Shown: positions 29,246-43,280, counted from the first letter of the stretch. The stretch: 64,000 nt of DNA from Laetmonice hystrix (GCA_965235115.1 OZ249436.1:1738001-1802000); one strand, 5' to 3'. Numbers and translations: made by a program. Notes: generated by a model not told the origin, from the sequence alone.

Positions 29246-30265
29246 GTGATTGGGTGGGGATGGGTGGGTGGGGATGGGTGGGGGTGATTGGGTGGAGGTG
29301 GGGGCTGCATGTGATTGGGTGGGGATGGGTGGGTGATTGGGTGGGTGATTGGGTGGTGATGGGTGGGTGATTGGGTGGGGATGGGTGGGTGATTGGGTGG
29401 GCGATTGGGTGGGGATGGGTGGGTGATTGGGTGGGGTGATTGGGTGGGGATGGGTGGGTGATTGGGTGGGGTGATTGGGTGGGGATGGGTGGGTGATTGG
29501 GTGGGGTGATTGGGTGGGGATGGGTGGGTGATTGGGTGGGGTGATTGGGTGGGGATGGGTGGGTGATTGGGTGGGGATGGGTGGGTGATTGGGTGGGCGA
29601 TTGGGTGGGGATGGGTGGGTGATTGGGTGGGGTGATTGGGTGGGGATGGGTGGGTGATTGGGTGGGGATGGGTGGGTGATTGGGTGGGGTGATTGGGTGG
29701 GGATGGGTGGGTGATTGGGTGGGGATGGGTGGGTGATTGGGTGGGCGATTGGGTGGGGATGGGTGGGTGATTGGGTGGGGTGATTGGGTGGGGATGGGTG
29801 GGTGATTGGGTGGGGTGATTGGGTGGGGATGGGTGGGTGATTGGGTGGGGTGATTGGGTGGGGATGGGTGGGTGATTGGGTGGGGTGATTGGGTGGGGAT
29901 GGGTGGGGTGATTAAGTGGGGATGGGTGTGGTGATTAGGTGGGGATGAGGGGGGTGGTGATTGGGTGGGGATTGGTGGGGTGATTGGGTGGGGTGATTGG
30001 GTGGGGGTGATTGGGTAGGGATTGGTGGGTGATTGTGGGTGATTGGGTGGGGATGGGTGGGGTGATTAGGTAGGAATGGGTGGGGTGATTAGGTAGGGAT
30101 GGGTGGGGTGATTGGGTGGGGGTGATTGGGTGGGGTGATTGGGTGGGGTGATTGGGTGGGGATGGGTGGGGTGATTGGGTGGGAATGGGTGGGTGTGATT
30201 GGGTGGGATGGGTGGGGATGGGTGGGGGTGATTGGGTGGGGGGATTGGGTGGGTGTGATTGGGTT
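29246..30265. repeat. G-rich low-complexity array (GGGT/GGGGAT/GATT modules)
   Basis: ~1 kb of GATTGGGTGGGGATGGGTGGGT-like units. Confidence 0.95.
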
Positions 30266-31071
30266 TAGATGGCTGGGTGTAGGAGCGGGGAGTTGAGTCG
30301 GGAATACCGACAGGGCGGAGGTTTACTACAACTGCCACTGACTCCTTCAAATAGGCGGAGGCGGAGCTGTCAAGATCCCGGTCGGTGATCATTATTTACG
30401 ATCACACAGGGATCGACTTGTATTGTCTCCAAGGGTTCGTCCAGATGGGAAGGTCTTGGTTCACGGAGATGGAGGCCGATGAGCGTGATTCAGCGCCTGG
30501 GTGTAGGGATGTGAGACACGGGTTGACGGGCGATGACGATGGATGTGCCCCCGCGGTCAGCGACTCGCCCTCCCCGGCCCGCCGCCCGCCGCCCGCCGGG
30601 ACCTCACCAACCGCCAGCCCCGGTCGGCGGTGACGGCCAGAATTTGTACGCAATTTGCAGGCACAGACGGCGGGCAGCGTTACAACACTATTACCAACCC
30701 TCGGCGGCTGTTGATTTCTCTCCAGGGTCCCGTGGCAATTTACAGCGCCGTGTCGAACAAATCTGGGCACTTTGGCCGGCAGTGGGCCGTGCTGGACATG
30801 ATGGCTACTGTCGATTCCGAGCAGATGAAATGGACAAGGGGGTGGCCTTCTGACTTGCACTACTTTCGGGTTCGTGACCTCAAGGGGGGAAGCGGCTAGC
30901 ATATTTGGCTATTGATGTAACATGGGGTTTGATGTCACCATATCAGGATGTGTATTAAACGTGCACCCTGTTGCCCCACCACCGCCCCCCGCATCAATAA
31001 AATAGAACGTCGGGACGAGCCGTCACTCGAGGGCTGCCTCCGCCCGCCGGCCCGGGACGAGGAGCCCGCCC

Positions 31072-31213
31072 GTCTGCCTGCTTGCCTGCCTGCCTGCCTA
31101 CCTATACCCATCTGCCTGCCTTGCCCGCCCGTCTACCTGCTTGCCTGCCTGTCTGTCTACCTGCCTGCCTGCCCGCCTGCCTGCCTGCCTGCCTGCCCGC
31201 CTGCCTGCCTGCC
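31072..31213. repeat. (GCCT)n degenerate microsatellite
   Basis: CCTG tetramer runs. Confidence 0.85.
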
Positions 31214-32425
31214 CATCAACCTCCGGTAATGTAATAGCTTGGCTTTCATTTATTCACCAACATGTAGGGCAGCCTCCATCTCGACAACATATTAGGCAAA
31301 TACCACATCGCCAAGCTTTCCCCAACTATAACTCAGGAAAGGGTGCTAAATCATTACCTATATTCGTCTACTTTAGCTCACTTTTCGAGCCCACAATTCT
31401 GAGATTCCGTTTCTATAGTCGAGCAGCGACCGTGCCGTTACTATGGCCCTTGCCATGACAACGGCCATTGTACGCGTCTGTGCTATATCATCTCAACAAT
31501 ATCCACCAGTTCCTCTCCTTTTTCTCCTTCAACAATACCAACAAAAATCGTTTTTAGAAAAGGAAGGAAGGTTTTTGACGATAGAATATAAAATATTATT
31601 ATATTTTAACTCGTATCTATACGGTAATCAATCAAGCATGGATGTAATGGTAGAGTGAAGGTTTACAGGGTGTATGGTACGCCTCCTTACAAGAAAAACT
31701 CTACATGAATGTTCAGCAATTGTTTTTACATGCTGCCCTGAAGAACAAGTTCAATGTAAGCTTCGCTCAACGTTTTTACCATCATTTCCGTGCAATTTGT
31801 CAGTGTCAAATATTCCAGTTTCTCGGTACATTTGAGAAATTCGAAGAGTCTTTGCCTATAAAAGAAAATTATGTATTGCTGAGCATGCACCTCGCTTTTT
31901 CGATACATTTTTAATGTACCTTTAAATTAATGTATGCACGGTGTATACTAGACTGTATAATCATGTAAGGTCATACAATAGGCCTATATGTGATGATTGA
32001 CTTTGGACTCTTACTAGACCAAGGATGCACTAACAGCTATTGTATCGAGGTTGTGTATTTAAAAATCAATTTGGACTTAATGGCTAAAATACCAGAAAGA
32101 GGTCGGCTTACACCGAAATGTGTACGTTACACAGACGTTCCTCAGGGAGTTTAGAAGGACGAGCAAAACGTCATGCTTGGTATCGAATTACGGCAGGAGT
32201 TAGGAATTATGACATAATTTGTCGCCACTCCAGTGGCAGGAGAACTGTATCGATTTCTGTGGTCGTGATGGTTGTAGATGTATGACCAGGGAGAATTTCA
32301 TGTTGGTGGTTGTAAACGAGACAGTGGATGAATGTGCTGACACGTCGGGTTGGCTGTGTCCGGGGCCTGGTGAGGCGGTCACGGAGGGCTAGAGTCTGTG
32401 GACGGCCAGGTCACGGGTCGGTCAG

Positions 32426-32600
32426 ACGGCCCGGCCCGGCCCGGCCCGGCCCCCCGCTCGGCTCGGCCTCGGCCCCTGGCCCGGCCTCGGCCCACGGCCC
32501 GGGCCCGGCCCCGGCCCCCGCCCGGCCCGGTCCGGGCACCGTCCGGCCCGACTCGGCCCCCCGCCCGGCTCGGCCTTGTCCCCCCGCCCGGGCACCGCCC
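32426..32600. repeat. GC-rich (CCCGG)n-like degenerate pentamer tract
   Basis: CCGGC/CCCGG/CTCGG iterations. Confidence 0.8.
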
Positions 32601-33079
32601 GACCCCAGACCTGGCAATCCATGCGTGTTGAGCGTCCGAAATGTCACGTCACGGAAGAGAATCCGTCACCAATAGCAACCAAAATGGCAATTGACGTCTA
32701 CTAGGCATCCTCTATATATACGGCCAACCCCAGACTTATATCTAGTCTACATGTAATCACACACCAACCGGCCAGAAACGTTATCAATTGTAATTCAAAA
32801 CGCAAACATGTATGTCTTTCTTATTATCTAAGCGTTTTGTAAATCGATTCATTTATGTTGTTTGCCCATCATACCCAGGCAGCCCAATGAATTATTCACT
32901 TCCAAAGACCAGGCACTTTCCCCGCGTCGATAATTCCGTGGTTATATTACACAGAAGAAGAAGTGCGTTCCCGACATTGGCGACAATGTGTTTTATCTTT
33001 GTGATGTGCTGTCACGCTCGTGTCTATATCTCGTTACCCGATAACATTATTGTTTCCTCGTAAAGGAATGAACGAGAAA

Positions 33080-33388
33080 AAACTAGAAATTACATACGAT
33101 AGACACAGAAATAGAACATTGTGTTGCCCTGCTATACCTTATACGCTAGCCTACGTTAAACTAGAAATTACATACGATAGACACAGAAATAGAATATTGT
33201 GTTGCCCTGCTATACTTTATACGTTAGCCTACGTTAAACTAGAAATTACATACGATAGACACAGAAATAGAATATTGTGTTGCCCTGCTATACTTTATAC
33301 GTTAGCCTACGTTAAACTAGAAATTACACACGATAGACACAGAAATAGAATATTGTGTTGCCCTGCTATACTTTATACGTTAGCCTAT
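33080..33388. repeat. 78-bp minisatellite, 4 copies
   Basis: AAACTAGAAATTACATACGATAGACACAGAAATAGAA...GTTAGCCTACGTT repeated. Confidence 0.95.
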
Positions 33389-34007
33389 AATTAATGGTGG
33401 ATGGAGGCGGTCTAACTCCGCACCCTTCCCACAGACAGACCCTGGCTGCAAACATATCGATTATATTACACCCAGATATAAGATCCACTTGTACATATAT
33501 GTAAGGGGAAGTATGAATTCCCTTCAATCTATATGTGTATAGGGCGAGGGTCCTTCACCGCGAACACCTTCGGTTTATAGGAAGATGTCGGTGGCCCAGT
33601 TCTTTAGCGTGTTGATAGCTCTACGAAAGGGAGCAGTAAACTTTGGGTCAGACCTATTTTTTTTATCCTTTAATGATGTTGTGCAATTATCGAATAGCAT
33701 AAATCCACACGCACAGCATTCCGATGTATTTAATGTAGGCCATAGACCATGTACATATATGGAGTTTTCGTGCAAAATTTCTTTAGCTCTGGCAGCAGCT
33801 TGTTTGGCCTGTCAAAATGTCGGTCTACATCGACTGTGGCCACCTTAGTGTGGAAATGATAGGATTCCATGTGCTACCCACAGCAAAGGTCAGGCAGCCC
33901 TTGGCTCCAGCATCCGTCAGCTGTCAATCACAGGGCTGGGTGGGCGTGGCTTACATTCCCAACCCAGATAGAGTTACAACCCTCATGGTTGCCGACCGAG
34001 TATATAC

Positions 34008-34249
34008 AAGTACATAAATGTACCTGATTCATGGAACTTGTTCTCTATAAGTACATAAATGTACCTGATTCATGGAACTTGTTCTCTATAAGTACATAAA
34101 TGTACCTGATTCATGGAACTTGTTCTCTATAAGTACATAAATGTACCTGATTCATGAACTTGTTCTCTATAAGTACATAAATGTACCTGATTCATGAACT
34201 TGTTCTCTATAAGTACATAAATGTACCTGATTCATGGAACTTGTTCTCT
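34008..34249. repeat. 41-bp minisatellite, ~6 copies
   Basis: Unit AAGTACATAAATGTACCTGATTCATGGAACTTGTTCTCTAT. Confidence 0.95.
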
Positions 34250-34346
34250 CGGTCCGGTGTGTAAGCCGTGGGTACACTCTGTATACACAGAGAACGGGCC
34301 AGAATAAAATATTTGTACAAATGTATGGGACGATACTGGCGTTAGA

Positions 34347-35120
34347 ACGACAGCAGTGTAGTATGGACTAGTATAGGCTTTCACTAAACAATACAACGAC
34401 AGCCCAGTGTAGTATGGACTAGTATAGGCTTTCACTAAACAATACGACAGCCCAGTGTAGTATGGACTAGTATAGGCTATCACTGTCACTAAACAATACA
34501 ACGACAGCCCAGTGTAGTATGGACTAGTATAGGCTATAACTTTCACTAAACAATACAACGACAGCCCAGTGTAGTATGGACTAGTATAGGCTATAACTGT
34601 CACTAAACAATACAACGACAGCCCAGTGTAGTATGGACTAGTATAGGCTATAACTGTCACTAAACAATACAACGACAGCCCAGTGTAGTATGGACTAGTA
34701 TAGGCTATAACTTTCACTAAACAATACAACGACAGCCCAGTGTAGTATGGACTAGTATAGGCTATAACTTTCACTAAACAATACAACGACAGCCCAGTGT
34801 AGTATGGACTAGTATAGGCTATAACTGTCACTAAACAATACAACGACAGCCCAGTGTAGTATGGACTAGTATAGGCTATAACTTTCACTAAACAATACAA
34901 CGACAGCCCAGTGTAGTATGGACTAGTATAGGCTATAACTGTCACTAAACAATACAACGACAGCCCAGTGTAGTATGGACTAGTATAGGCTATAACTTTC
35001 ACTAAACAATACAACGACAGCCCAGTGTAGTATGGACTAGTATAGGCTATAACTTTCACTAAACAATACAACGACAGCCCAGTGTATAGTATGGACTATA
35101 GGCTTTCACTGTCACTAAAC
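34347..35120. repeat. 57-bp minisatellite, ~13 copies
   Basis: Unit ACGACAGCCCAGTGTAGTATGGACTAGTATAGGCTATAACTKTCACTAAACAATACA. Confidence 0.96.
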
Positions 35121-35184
35121 TATAATCAAGAAGGAACTGTGCGGTTGTGTGAACCGATCTTTTTCAACCCAAATTAGGCGCCCA

Positions 35185-35186
<2 letters not shown>

Positions 35187-35220
<34 letters not shown>

Positions 35221-35284
35221 CTATCTTTCTCTTTCTCTCTTTCTCTTTCTCTCTACCTATCTCGCTATCTCTCTGTCTCTCTCT
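35187..35284. repeat. (CT)n microsatellite
   Basis: CT run with degenerate tail. Confidence 0.9.
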
Positions 35285-35913
35285 AGATAGATAAAATTCG
35301 GATCCGCCAAACGACCTATAATGACAGAAAACTCGAATCTTACGCAGCGTTCTAGGAATGCATGTGGGTAAGATATTGATTTTCTCACGGGCCCTTGACG
35401 TTAGAAGTTTAGGGAAGATGCTATCAGTTCCTAATAGCGGCACGTAAGGCACAGCATGTTGTCTGTACGAGGCCCGACGGGGCGCAATATCTCGTCTTCT
35501 CACTTTTTTCTCTTTTCTTTCACAAAGACCTTTGAAACTGTAGAAGTTAGGGCGGTATGGGGTCGGTATCGGGGAGTTTCGGACGGCTGAGGCCCGGGGT
35601 CCGGCCATGGGGGTACCGTGCCCCCCGGGACATCAGCGTGGTAGGGGTCTCAGCCAACACAGCAGGCAGGTGAGCACCCCTACTGTTTATAATAGCTGAA
35701 ATGTGAAGTTATCATGCCTAGGTACCATTAAAGGTACGTCGCAAACCATGGCAGTATTATACTGGTATACCCTCAATATATACAACTGCCCCGAGCTGTC
35801 CGTACGTACGTGGGTATGGACGGACACGCAGTGCGTGCTGCTGGTCTCTGTCATCTATACGTGTGAAATTATTCTCAGGAGACCCAGCGAGTCTTCTTCT
35901 CTTGGATCGTGTA

Positions 35914-36110
35914 GATTGTTTACATGTAGTTTTACATGATGATTGTTTACATGTAGTTTTACATGGTGATTGTTTACATGTAGTTTTACATGATGATTGT
36001 TTACATGTAGTTTTACATGGTGATTGTTTACATGTAGTTTTACATGATGATTGTTTACATGTAGTTTTACATGGTGATTGTTTACATGTAGTTTTACAAG
36101 ATGATTGTTT
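35914..36110. repeat. 27-bp minisatellite, ~7 copies, alternating variants
   Basis: Unit GATTGTTTACATGTAGTTTTACATGRT. Confidence 0.95.
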
Positions 36111-36183
36111 GACTTTCCCAATCAATCAAAGCGATAAAACAAAGATCTGTAAAATTCTCATTAATTTGGGGCGACCTTCTGAT

Positions 36184-36570
36184 ATATTGGATGCACGTTG
36201 AAATGTTGTTCCTGATATGAAAAACTTCCGTTATATTGGATGCACGTTGAAATGTCGTTCCTGATATGAAAAACTTCCGTTATATTGAATGCACGTTGAA
36301 ATGTTGTTCCTGATATGAAAAACTTCCGTTATATTGAATGCACGTTAAAATGTCGTTCCTGATATGAAAAACTTCCGTTATATTGAATGCACGTTGAAAT
36401 GTTGTTCCTGATATGAAAAACTTCCGTTATATTGAATGCACGTTAAAATGTCGTTCCTGATATGAAAAACTTTCGTTATATTGAATGCACGTTGAAATGT
36501 TGTTCCTGATATGAAAAACTTCCGTTGTATTGAATGCACGTTAAAATGTCGTTCCTGATATGAAAAACTT
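36184..36570. repeat. 49-bp minisatellite, ~8 copies
   Basis: Unit CCTGATATGAAAAACTTCCGTTATATTGAATGCACGTTRAAATGTYGTT. Confidence 0.95.
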
Positions 36571-37657
36571 ACTTCAATGCGATCAAAATTTCTGTAATTA
36601 TTGCAGTTTCTATAGAAACTGCAATAACTACAGACATAATAATGCATGTATACTTTGTCTTTGAATAAGAAAAAACATCGAGTATCCAGACTGCGTGAAT
36701 ACACCTGAAAGTGAGCAAACGACCCCTTTTTTGTCTATTGTTGAGGCTTCCTATATATAGCTACAGAATAATAGCTAACTCTTTCAAACAGGGCCTTGAG
36801 CTTGTAGAAGATTGGATCTTTGCGTGTTTAAAAACAAGGTGCTGATATATTATATTATGATTAAAATGTGTCTGTGTTTATTTATATCTCAGCGGGCCCT
36901 GGTTTCTGGCCAAGACGCTGGGAGTTTGACCTAGGGAAGCTCAGGCAGTCAACTTGCAAACACTGAGCTTATTAGTACAAACACAAAGTGGCCAATATTT
37001 TTTGTATTCATGCCAAAAGAAGTTACACTACCCTCTGCAAACTTTTACGATGTTACTTTCAAATCCTAACTTTTCAGTAATGTACTGTCTGTTTATCAAT
37101 GAGATGTATCCATGTATCCATAGGCCTACACATTGGTCTACTCCCCGCTGGTCCTGGCAGGATGTGGTGGACCGTTGTCAGTCACTGTTCATTGGTAGCG
37201 AGTCGGGACGGGGGGTGATGACACACTCGCAGACATCGCAGACAGAGGATGTAGACTAATGCCATGTATAAGTAGAACGGCCGTCGGCTGGCTGGTCGGT
37301 CGGACAGCCGAGCGGTGGGCGACCCGCAGTACCGGCCGACCCTCACCGTCCGCCGGGCTCACACGGCCGGACGTTGCCGGGCAGCCGGCAGCCATGCGAC
37401 CCTTAATGCGCCCAAGAACACCTTAATTTGCTAATGTGGCGGCCTGGCTGAGCGGACCACTCGGTGAAGTGCAAGCATTCATTGACTCCACTCTATAACA
37501 GTCGGCAGTCCGGCTGCTGTCACTCGAGGCACGAACCGAACCTGGCATTGATGAGCTGGCGCTTGTGGCGTAATCGGCCATTAGGTTTGATCATTGGATT
37601 AACTTCACTGCCATAACTACTTCTCATCGCTCGCCCTGGGAGTGGCCTGTCCTGGGC

Positions 37658-40035
37658 GGCTACAACCTGTATCTACAACCGGCTACAACCTGTATCTACA
37701 ACCGGCTACAACCTGTATCTACAACCGGCTACAACCTGTATCTACAACCAGTAAGCTCTACAACTACAACCAGTAACCTCTACAAGTACAACCAGTAACC
37801 TCTACAACTACAACCAGTAACCTCTACAACTACAACCAGTAACCTCTACAACTACAACCAGTAACCTCTACAAGTACAACCAGTAACCTCTACAACTACA
37901 ACCAGTAACCTCTACAACTACAACCAGTAACCTCTACAACTACAACCAGTAACCTCTACAACTACAACCAGTAACCTCTACAAGTACAACCAGTAACCTC
38001 TACAACTACAACCAGTAACCTCTACAACTACAACCAGTAACCTCTACAACTACAACCAGTAACCTCTACTACTACAACCAGTAACCTCTACAACTACAAC
38101 CAGTAACCTCTACAACTACAACCAGTAACCTCTACAACTACAACCAGTAACCTCTACAACTACAACCAGTAACCTCTACAACTACAACCAGTAACCTCTA
38201 CAAGTACAACCAGTAACCTCTACAACTACAACCAGTAACCTCTACAACTACAACCAGTAACCTCTACAAGTATACAACCAGTAACCTCTACTACTACAAC
38301 CAGTAACCTCTACTACTACAACCAGTAACCTCTACAACTACAACCAGTAACCTCTACAAGTACAACCAGTAACCTCTACAACTACAACCAGTAACCTCTA
38401 CAACTACAACCAGTAACCTCTACAACTACAACCAGTAACCTCTACAACTACAACCAGTAACCTCTACAACTACAACCAGTAACCTCTACAACTACAACCA
38501 GTAACCTCTACAGGTATACAACCAGTAACCTCTACAACTACAACCAGTAACCTCTACAACTACAACCAGTAACCTCTACAACTACAACCAGTAACCTCTA
38601 CAAGTACAACCAGTAACCTCTACACCTACAACCAGTAACCTCTACACCTACAACCAGTAACCTCTACACCTACAACCAGTAACCTCTACTACTACAACCA
38701 GTAACCTCTACAACTACAACCAGTAACCTCTACACCTACAACCAGTAACCTCTACACCTACAACCAGTAACCTCTACAACTACAACCAGTAACCTCTACA
38801 ACTACAACCAGTAACCTCTACAACTACAACCAGTAACCTCTACAACTACAACCAGTAACCTCTACAACTACAACCAGTAACCTCTACAAGTACAACCAGT
38901 AACCTCTACAAGTACAACCAGTAACCTCTACACCTACAACCAGTAACCTCTACTACTACAACCAGTAACCTCTACAAGTACAACCAGTAACCTCTACAAC
39001 TACAACCAGTAACCTCTACAAGTACAACCAGTAACCTCTACAACTACAACCAGTAACCTCTACTACTACAACCAGTAACCTCTACAACTACAACCAGTAA
39101 CCTCTACAAGTACAACCAGTAACCTCTACAACTACAACCAGTAACCTCTACAACTACAACCAGTAACCTCTACAGGTATACAACCGGTAACCTCTACAAC
39201 TACAACCAGTAACCTCTACAACTACAACCAGTAACCTCTACAACTACAACCAGTAACCTCTACAAGTATACAACCAGTAACCTCTACTACTACAACCAGT
39301 AACCTCTACAAGTACAACCAGTAACCTCTACAACTACAACCAGTAACCTCTACAAGTATACAACCAGTAACCTCTACTACTACAACCAGTAACCTCTACA
39401 AGTACAACCAGTAACCTCTACAACTACAACCAGTAACCTCTACTACTACAACCAGTAACCTCTACAACTACAACCAGTAACCTCTACAACTACAACCAGT
39501 AACCTCTACACCTACAACCAGTAACCTCTACAACTACAACCAGTAACCTCTACAACTACAACCAGTAACCTCTTCAACTACAACCAGTAACCTCTACAAC
39601 TACAACCAGTAACCTCTACAAGTATACAACCAGTAACCTCTACTACTACAACCAGTAACCTCTACTACTACAACCAGTAACCTCTACTACTACAACCAGT
39701 AACCTCTACAACTACAACCAGTAACCTCTACAAGTATACAACCAGTAACCTCTACTACTACAACCAGTAACCTCTACTACTACAACCAGTAACCTCTACA
39801 ACTACAACCAGTAACCTCTACAAGTATACAACCAGTAACCTGTACAACTACAACCAGTAACCTCTACAACTACAACCAGTAACCTCTACAAGTACAACCA
39901 GTAACCTCTACAACTACAACCAGTAACCTCTACAAGTATACAACCAGTAACCTCTACAAGTACAACCAGTAACCTCTACAGCTACAACCAGTAACCTCTA
40001 CAGCTACAACCAGTAACCTGTACAACAACCAGTAA
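37658..40035. repeat. 22-bp satellite array, >100 copies
   Basis: Unit CTACAACCAGTAACCTCTACAA with variants; first copies are a related CGGCTACAACCTGTATCTACAAC unit. Confidence 0.98.
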
Positions 40036-43000
40036 TTGGCAGAGCGTCCAAATTACTGTTTAATATATATTCTATAACTTACCAATATGCATGGGGGACA
40101 AGCTAGGAGAAAAAATTCTTATATTGACAGGTTTCGTATAGCAGCATGCTTATTGGCCTACTTTTAGTGACTACCAGCTAGTTTTAATTTGGATGAGATC
40201 GTTTTCCGTTGGTTTTGTAAGGCGAAGGTCTTCCAGCGCCCAAAGTCATGATTACAAAACACACAAACAGTTGGCAGGTCACAGTGCTTGACTGCATTGT
40301 TTGTATTTTTTTAGATTTGTTTTTCTTTCCACGTCACTTTCCGTTCATTGAGTCAGGAAAAAAACATTTATTGGATTGTTGCCGCTCAGGAACAGCGAGA
40401 ACAGGGACCGAAATGAAATATAGCCGAGTGCAAGTGTTTATTAGTAAAGAAATACTAAAAACTAAAACATGATCTTGTTCCATTAAACCTGACACGGCCT
40501 TTCTATGCGTTGACGTGCATGTGCTAAACACAAAAATAGCAATGACCATAGTCCTGCATGCATGCATTGCCGTGAACGTTTAATCCCAACACTGAACGCG
40601 GCCAGACATTGATTACATGAACTGACGTGACTAGGGGAGGATCTGAAGAATATTATCGAGGGAGGGGGTCACCAGTGTTTCGTGCCGATGGCCATGCATA
40701 ATAATAACGAGTATACGGCATGAGGTGAGAATAACGTGTTGAGCTGGCTGATGGGTGGGTGTGTGTGTGGGGGGGGAGGGTCATATCACACACTGTGTGC
40801 ACGTCTGCATGCTCAACCTGAAGCCAACTAATAGCTCAGAGACGGCCTGAAGACTGATGAACGGTATTATGATGCTAATGAGTCGACCGCGGCGGAGTGA
40901 GCCATTTTAGTCATTACGGCAGACGATAGCGGCGGCCAGTGACGTAGCGTCGACACTCCAACGGCGTAACGTCACAACGTGAAGCCAGTCTCGTTAAAAA
41001 TAGAAACTGCGTGTGTGCACATGTGGTACAGGGTTTGGGGATCTCTGGACCCTCCAGGGGCTGGGGTGGGGTGGGGGAAGGGGGGAAGGGGGTCTATAGG
41101 GGCATGCAACCATTAAAAAGTTAAACCAGTGACCATCGCCATGTAGTATTATAGCCATTATATGAGCTTTTTGAAGGCCTACCACATATCTTCTGAACTA
41201 CACCAAGAACAACATGTTAGTACACGTTTTGCATTAACCCACCAGACACCCACAAGCCAGGATCGACATCGACCGAACTTTCAAAATGAGGCATGATCAT
41301 TTTATTTGTACTGCAATCTAATAGGTTCACAGGCTTTTTGGAGCGTTTCCTTGAAACAGTACCGGCTACACTTTTGTCACATTGATGTAAGAGCATGTTT
41401 TTCGTATATGTATACTCCTTCATCTTCCATTCGTGGCACATAATTATAGTGTATATAGAAAGAATTCCGATTATTTCATCTCTTATGTCATCCTAAAGCC
41501 AGAAGGCGTCGGACCTTGACAAAAGCGTCCCCCTGTAAAACATGGATGATCTCAAGGATGTACTTCCATACACCTGCCTGGGATACGATACAACATCCAC
41601 ATGTTGGTCTGTGTGATATATGTACGTGGACGTCTGTGTTTACAATGGCTGGGCATCCTCGGCCATGGAAACAATGAATTCTTTCACGGATCCCAAGCAA
41701 AGCGCAACAGGACTGTGGCAAAAATATAGCACGAGCTGCACAGTGTTTTAAATCCCCATCCTGTTCCGCCACATTCTCGTCTGTATGGGTATTCACCTGC
41801 CCTCTGCGTAAAACACACATCAGTGTAGTACAGCGTAAACCTGTGGTTTGAATACTCGCGAATAATGTGATGGGAAAGTGTCATATTTGCATTGTATGTG
41901 AAAAGAAAATGAGGACCTAATAACTGGCCTTGGCGGTGGGGGATGGATCCATCAGTTTCTATGTACACAATGGCAGGTCAAGGTCAATGAGTAAGCATTG
42001 TTACTAGCGGCGGCAGGCGGTTCCATAATGACATCATCATTACGTAGCGTTCGCCGTACGTCCCGCGCGTCTCCAGCTCGAGCAGACGACCCGAGCGGCG
42101 AATAAAAACTCGCATCTCTGACGAATATTTGTCAATATTTATCTAAGAGGAAGTACGTTGTTCATAGAAGGCAATCTGGAGCAAATACCGGCAAGAAAAA
42201 AAAACTGTGTCAGTGACATTATAACTCGACAGCAGGCGACAGGATAGCATATAAACAATGCATGACTCGGAACTGCTCAGACACAGACGAAAACAGACAC
42301 TTTTTTTTATCAATGAAGTCGGTTGAGAAAATGGACAGTTTTGTGCGGTAAACGCCACGCGTTCGGGAGACTTTGAATGCACACTTTTCTGAAAGGACCT
42401 GAGGCCAGTGTTGACTGTATACACTTCCCATCGATAGACCACCCCAGGACATGGTTTGTTTGGGACCCTACCACAGACAACACGGCAGGACATAGCTCCA
42501 CCGTTTGTGTGAGTCTATAACTAACCTTCCCAATGAACTACGCCTGCCAAATGGCCCTCTGGTGGTCCGTCCTCACAACGGCTGGTTGCCATGGAGAAGA
42601 ATGTGCCCCCGACGTGCCAGAATGTCGCCGAGCGACTTGACCCCCTCACCTTTATCAGGTAACCACAAAGCTGACAGGACACGGTGACAGAGTTGTGTGA
42701 TCAGGACGATTCGATCGATGTTTGATAAACTGTTAAATGACCTCAAGGAATCGTGACCAACCTCAACCTCAAGGTCATGGAAGATCTACATCACTGCTCG
42801 AATCCTTTCTGTGAATGAAGTCTAGAATACGAGAGAGTGTGGAGCAGCCTGCATGGACAGCACGGGCTTTGCCCTGATCAGTGCATCATTAAACACCAAA
42901 AAAAACAGGAAAGCTCAGATTTATAGCCATTATAAATATGTATCCATGTATTAAGAGTTAGCATGTTGAGAATATGTGCAACTTAATTGATTTGTGATTC

Positions 43001-43072
43001 GCATAGATACCTTACACCTTGTGTAGGGTAGGCCTATCTATGCATGCATGAGGCGCCCCCTCACAGAGTCTG

Positions 43073-43280
43073 ACCATGTATCGGAGTGTTGGCACTCGTT
43101 ATATCCCGACCAATGGTCTGGACAGTAGGCCCTACCTACATACTGGTCTCACCATGTATCTGAGTGTTGACACTCGTTATATCCCGACCAATGGTACAGT
43201 ACCTACATACTGGTCTCACCATGTATCTGAGTGTTGACACTCGTTATATCCCGACCATGATGGTTTAGTACCTACATATA
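43073..43280. repeat. ~70-80-bp imperfect tandem triplication
   Basis: ACCATGTATCTGAGTGTTGACACTCGTTATATCCCGACCA three times. Confidence 0.85.

Noticed and set aside
30402..30902. Overlapping 100-166-aa ORFs in a GC island
   Set aside because: Open frames expected from GC content; no recognisable domain.
41488..41820. 110-aa minus-strand ORF with a possible acceptor
   Set aside because: No homology or convincing exon partner; insufficient support.
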